Notes under the pieces: generated by a model | What the model saw: only the letters and a program-made list of their open reading frames with translations | Database searches by the model: none | What the model was told of the DNA's origin: nothing | Shown: positions 60,214 to 61,617 of the stretch, in pieces | Layout of the letters: every line of letters begins with the position of its first letter | How positions within the stretch are numbered: position 1 is the first letter of the stretch | Origin: Spirogloea muscicola | Taxonomy: Eukaryota | Direction of reading: 5' to 3' | Assembly: GCA_009602725.1 (NCBI GenBank) | Contig: WELB01000005.1 | Span: 484,806-546,422, forward strand | Length of the DNA stretch: 61,617 nt | Translations under genes and position numbers: made by a program

Positions 60214-61587
60214 AAGAAGAAGTGGCACTCCCAATGGGGGCAAGGGCTGTGAAAAGCCAGCCCGAAAAAAAATTGACCAAGGTTCGAAGGGGCCAAATGA
60301 TGAAGGGGCCTAAAATCGTGAAGCAGATACGAAGTGGCCTGAAGATGCTACGTCAGAACGGGGGAGGATGGACCACTCAGTAGTTACGAGCGAGGAGCCT
60401 CAAAACCGACAGACTAGCTGCCGGAAAACTATCCCCCTGACAAAAGCCGGAGGCCGCAGCGAGAGCACGGGCAGCACGCAGATGCAAGGCGTGGGCCCTG
60501 GACCGCTGAAGGGAGACGGACAATCGCATACGATATACCTGAGCCCACGAGCCAGCCGCGTTGAAGTCAGCCGGCTCACAGCGCCTGCGGGACACAGCGC
60601 GCCGCGCAAGCCTGGCCTGCAGGTCGAGCCACTGGGACCCGAGAGCCCCGTGCACGTGCATGGCCAGGGGTACGAATTCATCTGCAGCCGGGTGGTCGGC
60701 GTGTTTGGCCGCCTTGCTGCGAGCGGCCTTCGCCGCGGCTTGGCCAGCCCGCGAGGCAGAGAGCCCCGGGTTGGAGCGATTGATCAAAAATATAGACAAG
60801 GCCTGAAGGAGCCGGATGGCGCAGAAAGCAAGGTACTAGATTGAAAGAAGAAGTGGCTCTCCCGATGGGGGCAAGGGCTGTGAGAAGCCAGCCCGAAAAG
60901 AAGAAAGTGCGGCCAGATTGACTGGTGGCTGTGAAAGGCCAGCACCAGCCCGAAAAGATTGACAAAAGTCCGAAGGGGCCAGATGACGGAGGGGCCTAAA
61001 GCCACAATGACGGAGGGCCTGAAGATGCTATGTCAGAACGGGTGGAGGATGGAATACTCAGTAGCTTCGAGTGAGGAGCCCTCAAATCCGACAGACTAGC
61101 TGCTGGAAAACTATCCCCCTGACGAAAGCCAGAGGCTGCAGCGAGACCACGGCCAGCATGCAGATGCGGTCTTCTCCGTGGGTCCTTCCCAATCCTTTCT
61201 TCCTTTCCTACTCGGCTCACTCGTGGTTACTGAGCATCCATTTGCGTTATTATTGGTGTGTAGTTTTTCGACACTTTTTTTCTTTGGCTTTGGACATTGT
61301 CCATTCTTTTTGGGCTGGCTTTGCCAGCCACTCTTTTCTATGGGCGAGCAATTTCTTCTTTCCCAACCCCCCAACCGCTTTCCCTCCAAGAACTTGATGA
61401 AGGGCTCGCCCATTGAAGACAGGGGCTGGAAAAAGCCAGCCCAAAAAAGAATGAACAAAGGACGAGAAGGGGCCAGGGGAAGTACGAAGAACAACAAGCA
61501 CAGAAAGAAACGAAGCAGCTACGAAGCACTCAGTAACCCCTGCTAAGCAGCCCCAGGTCAGAGAGACTGGGTTCCTGGAAGCGGGTC
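60214..61587. mobile_element. Nest of 3' ends: D, C2, D (minus), B2 (plus, 61215-61360), A (minus, 61398-61587)
   Basis: The D ORF and UTR appear twice. A 14-bp TSD surrounds a short C2 insert. Family A UTR near the window end. Confidence 0.85.
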
Positions 61588-61617
61588 TAGAACACCTCCC
61601 TCCCCACCCCCCCCCCC

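Noticed and set aside
52195..60785. Two D copies sharing a fixed 5' end (SINE-like unit)
   Set aside because: The endpoints differ by roughly 15 nt, and two copies are too few to support it.

Overview
GC-rich, intron-rich eukaryotic nuclear DNA from a draft assembly with N gaps. The gene set and telobox motifs suggest a green (probably streptophyte) alga; this is inference. About 14 spliced genes can be reconstructed by hand: SDN-type DEDDh exonuclease, CutA, PLAC8 protein, Yip1 protein, Jagunal-like, CRTAC1/ASPIC-UnbV, UreG, PsbP-domain protein, TAF12, Mit_KHE1-like, SCYL2, CAP/PR-1, NAD-dependent epimerase and a BCH-domain protein. The main feature is intergenic. There are dozens of strongly 5'-truncated 3' ends from about ten divergent families (my labels A-J) of CRE-clade RLE non-LTR retrotransposons. 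Their ORFs end in ...DLxLLxRxY-stop, they share a covarying 3' stem-loop, and they end in variable C/T tails instead of poly(A). They insert into one another with 4-14 bp target-site duplications, forming nests up to four levels deep, mostly at YTTTCCNGC-like or hairpin-loop sites. In one case two families sit inside a single TSD. No RT domain is visible in the window. All coordinates and family labels come from manual reading.
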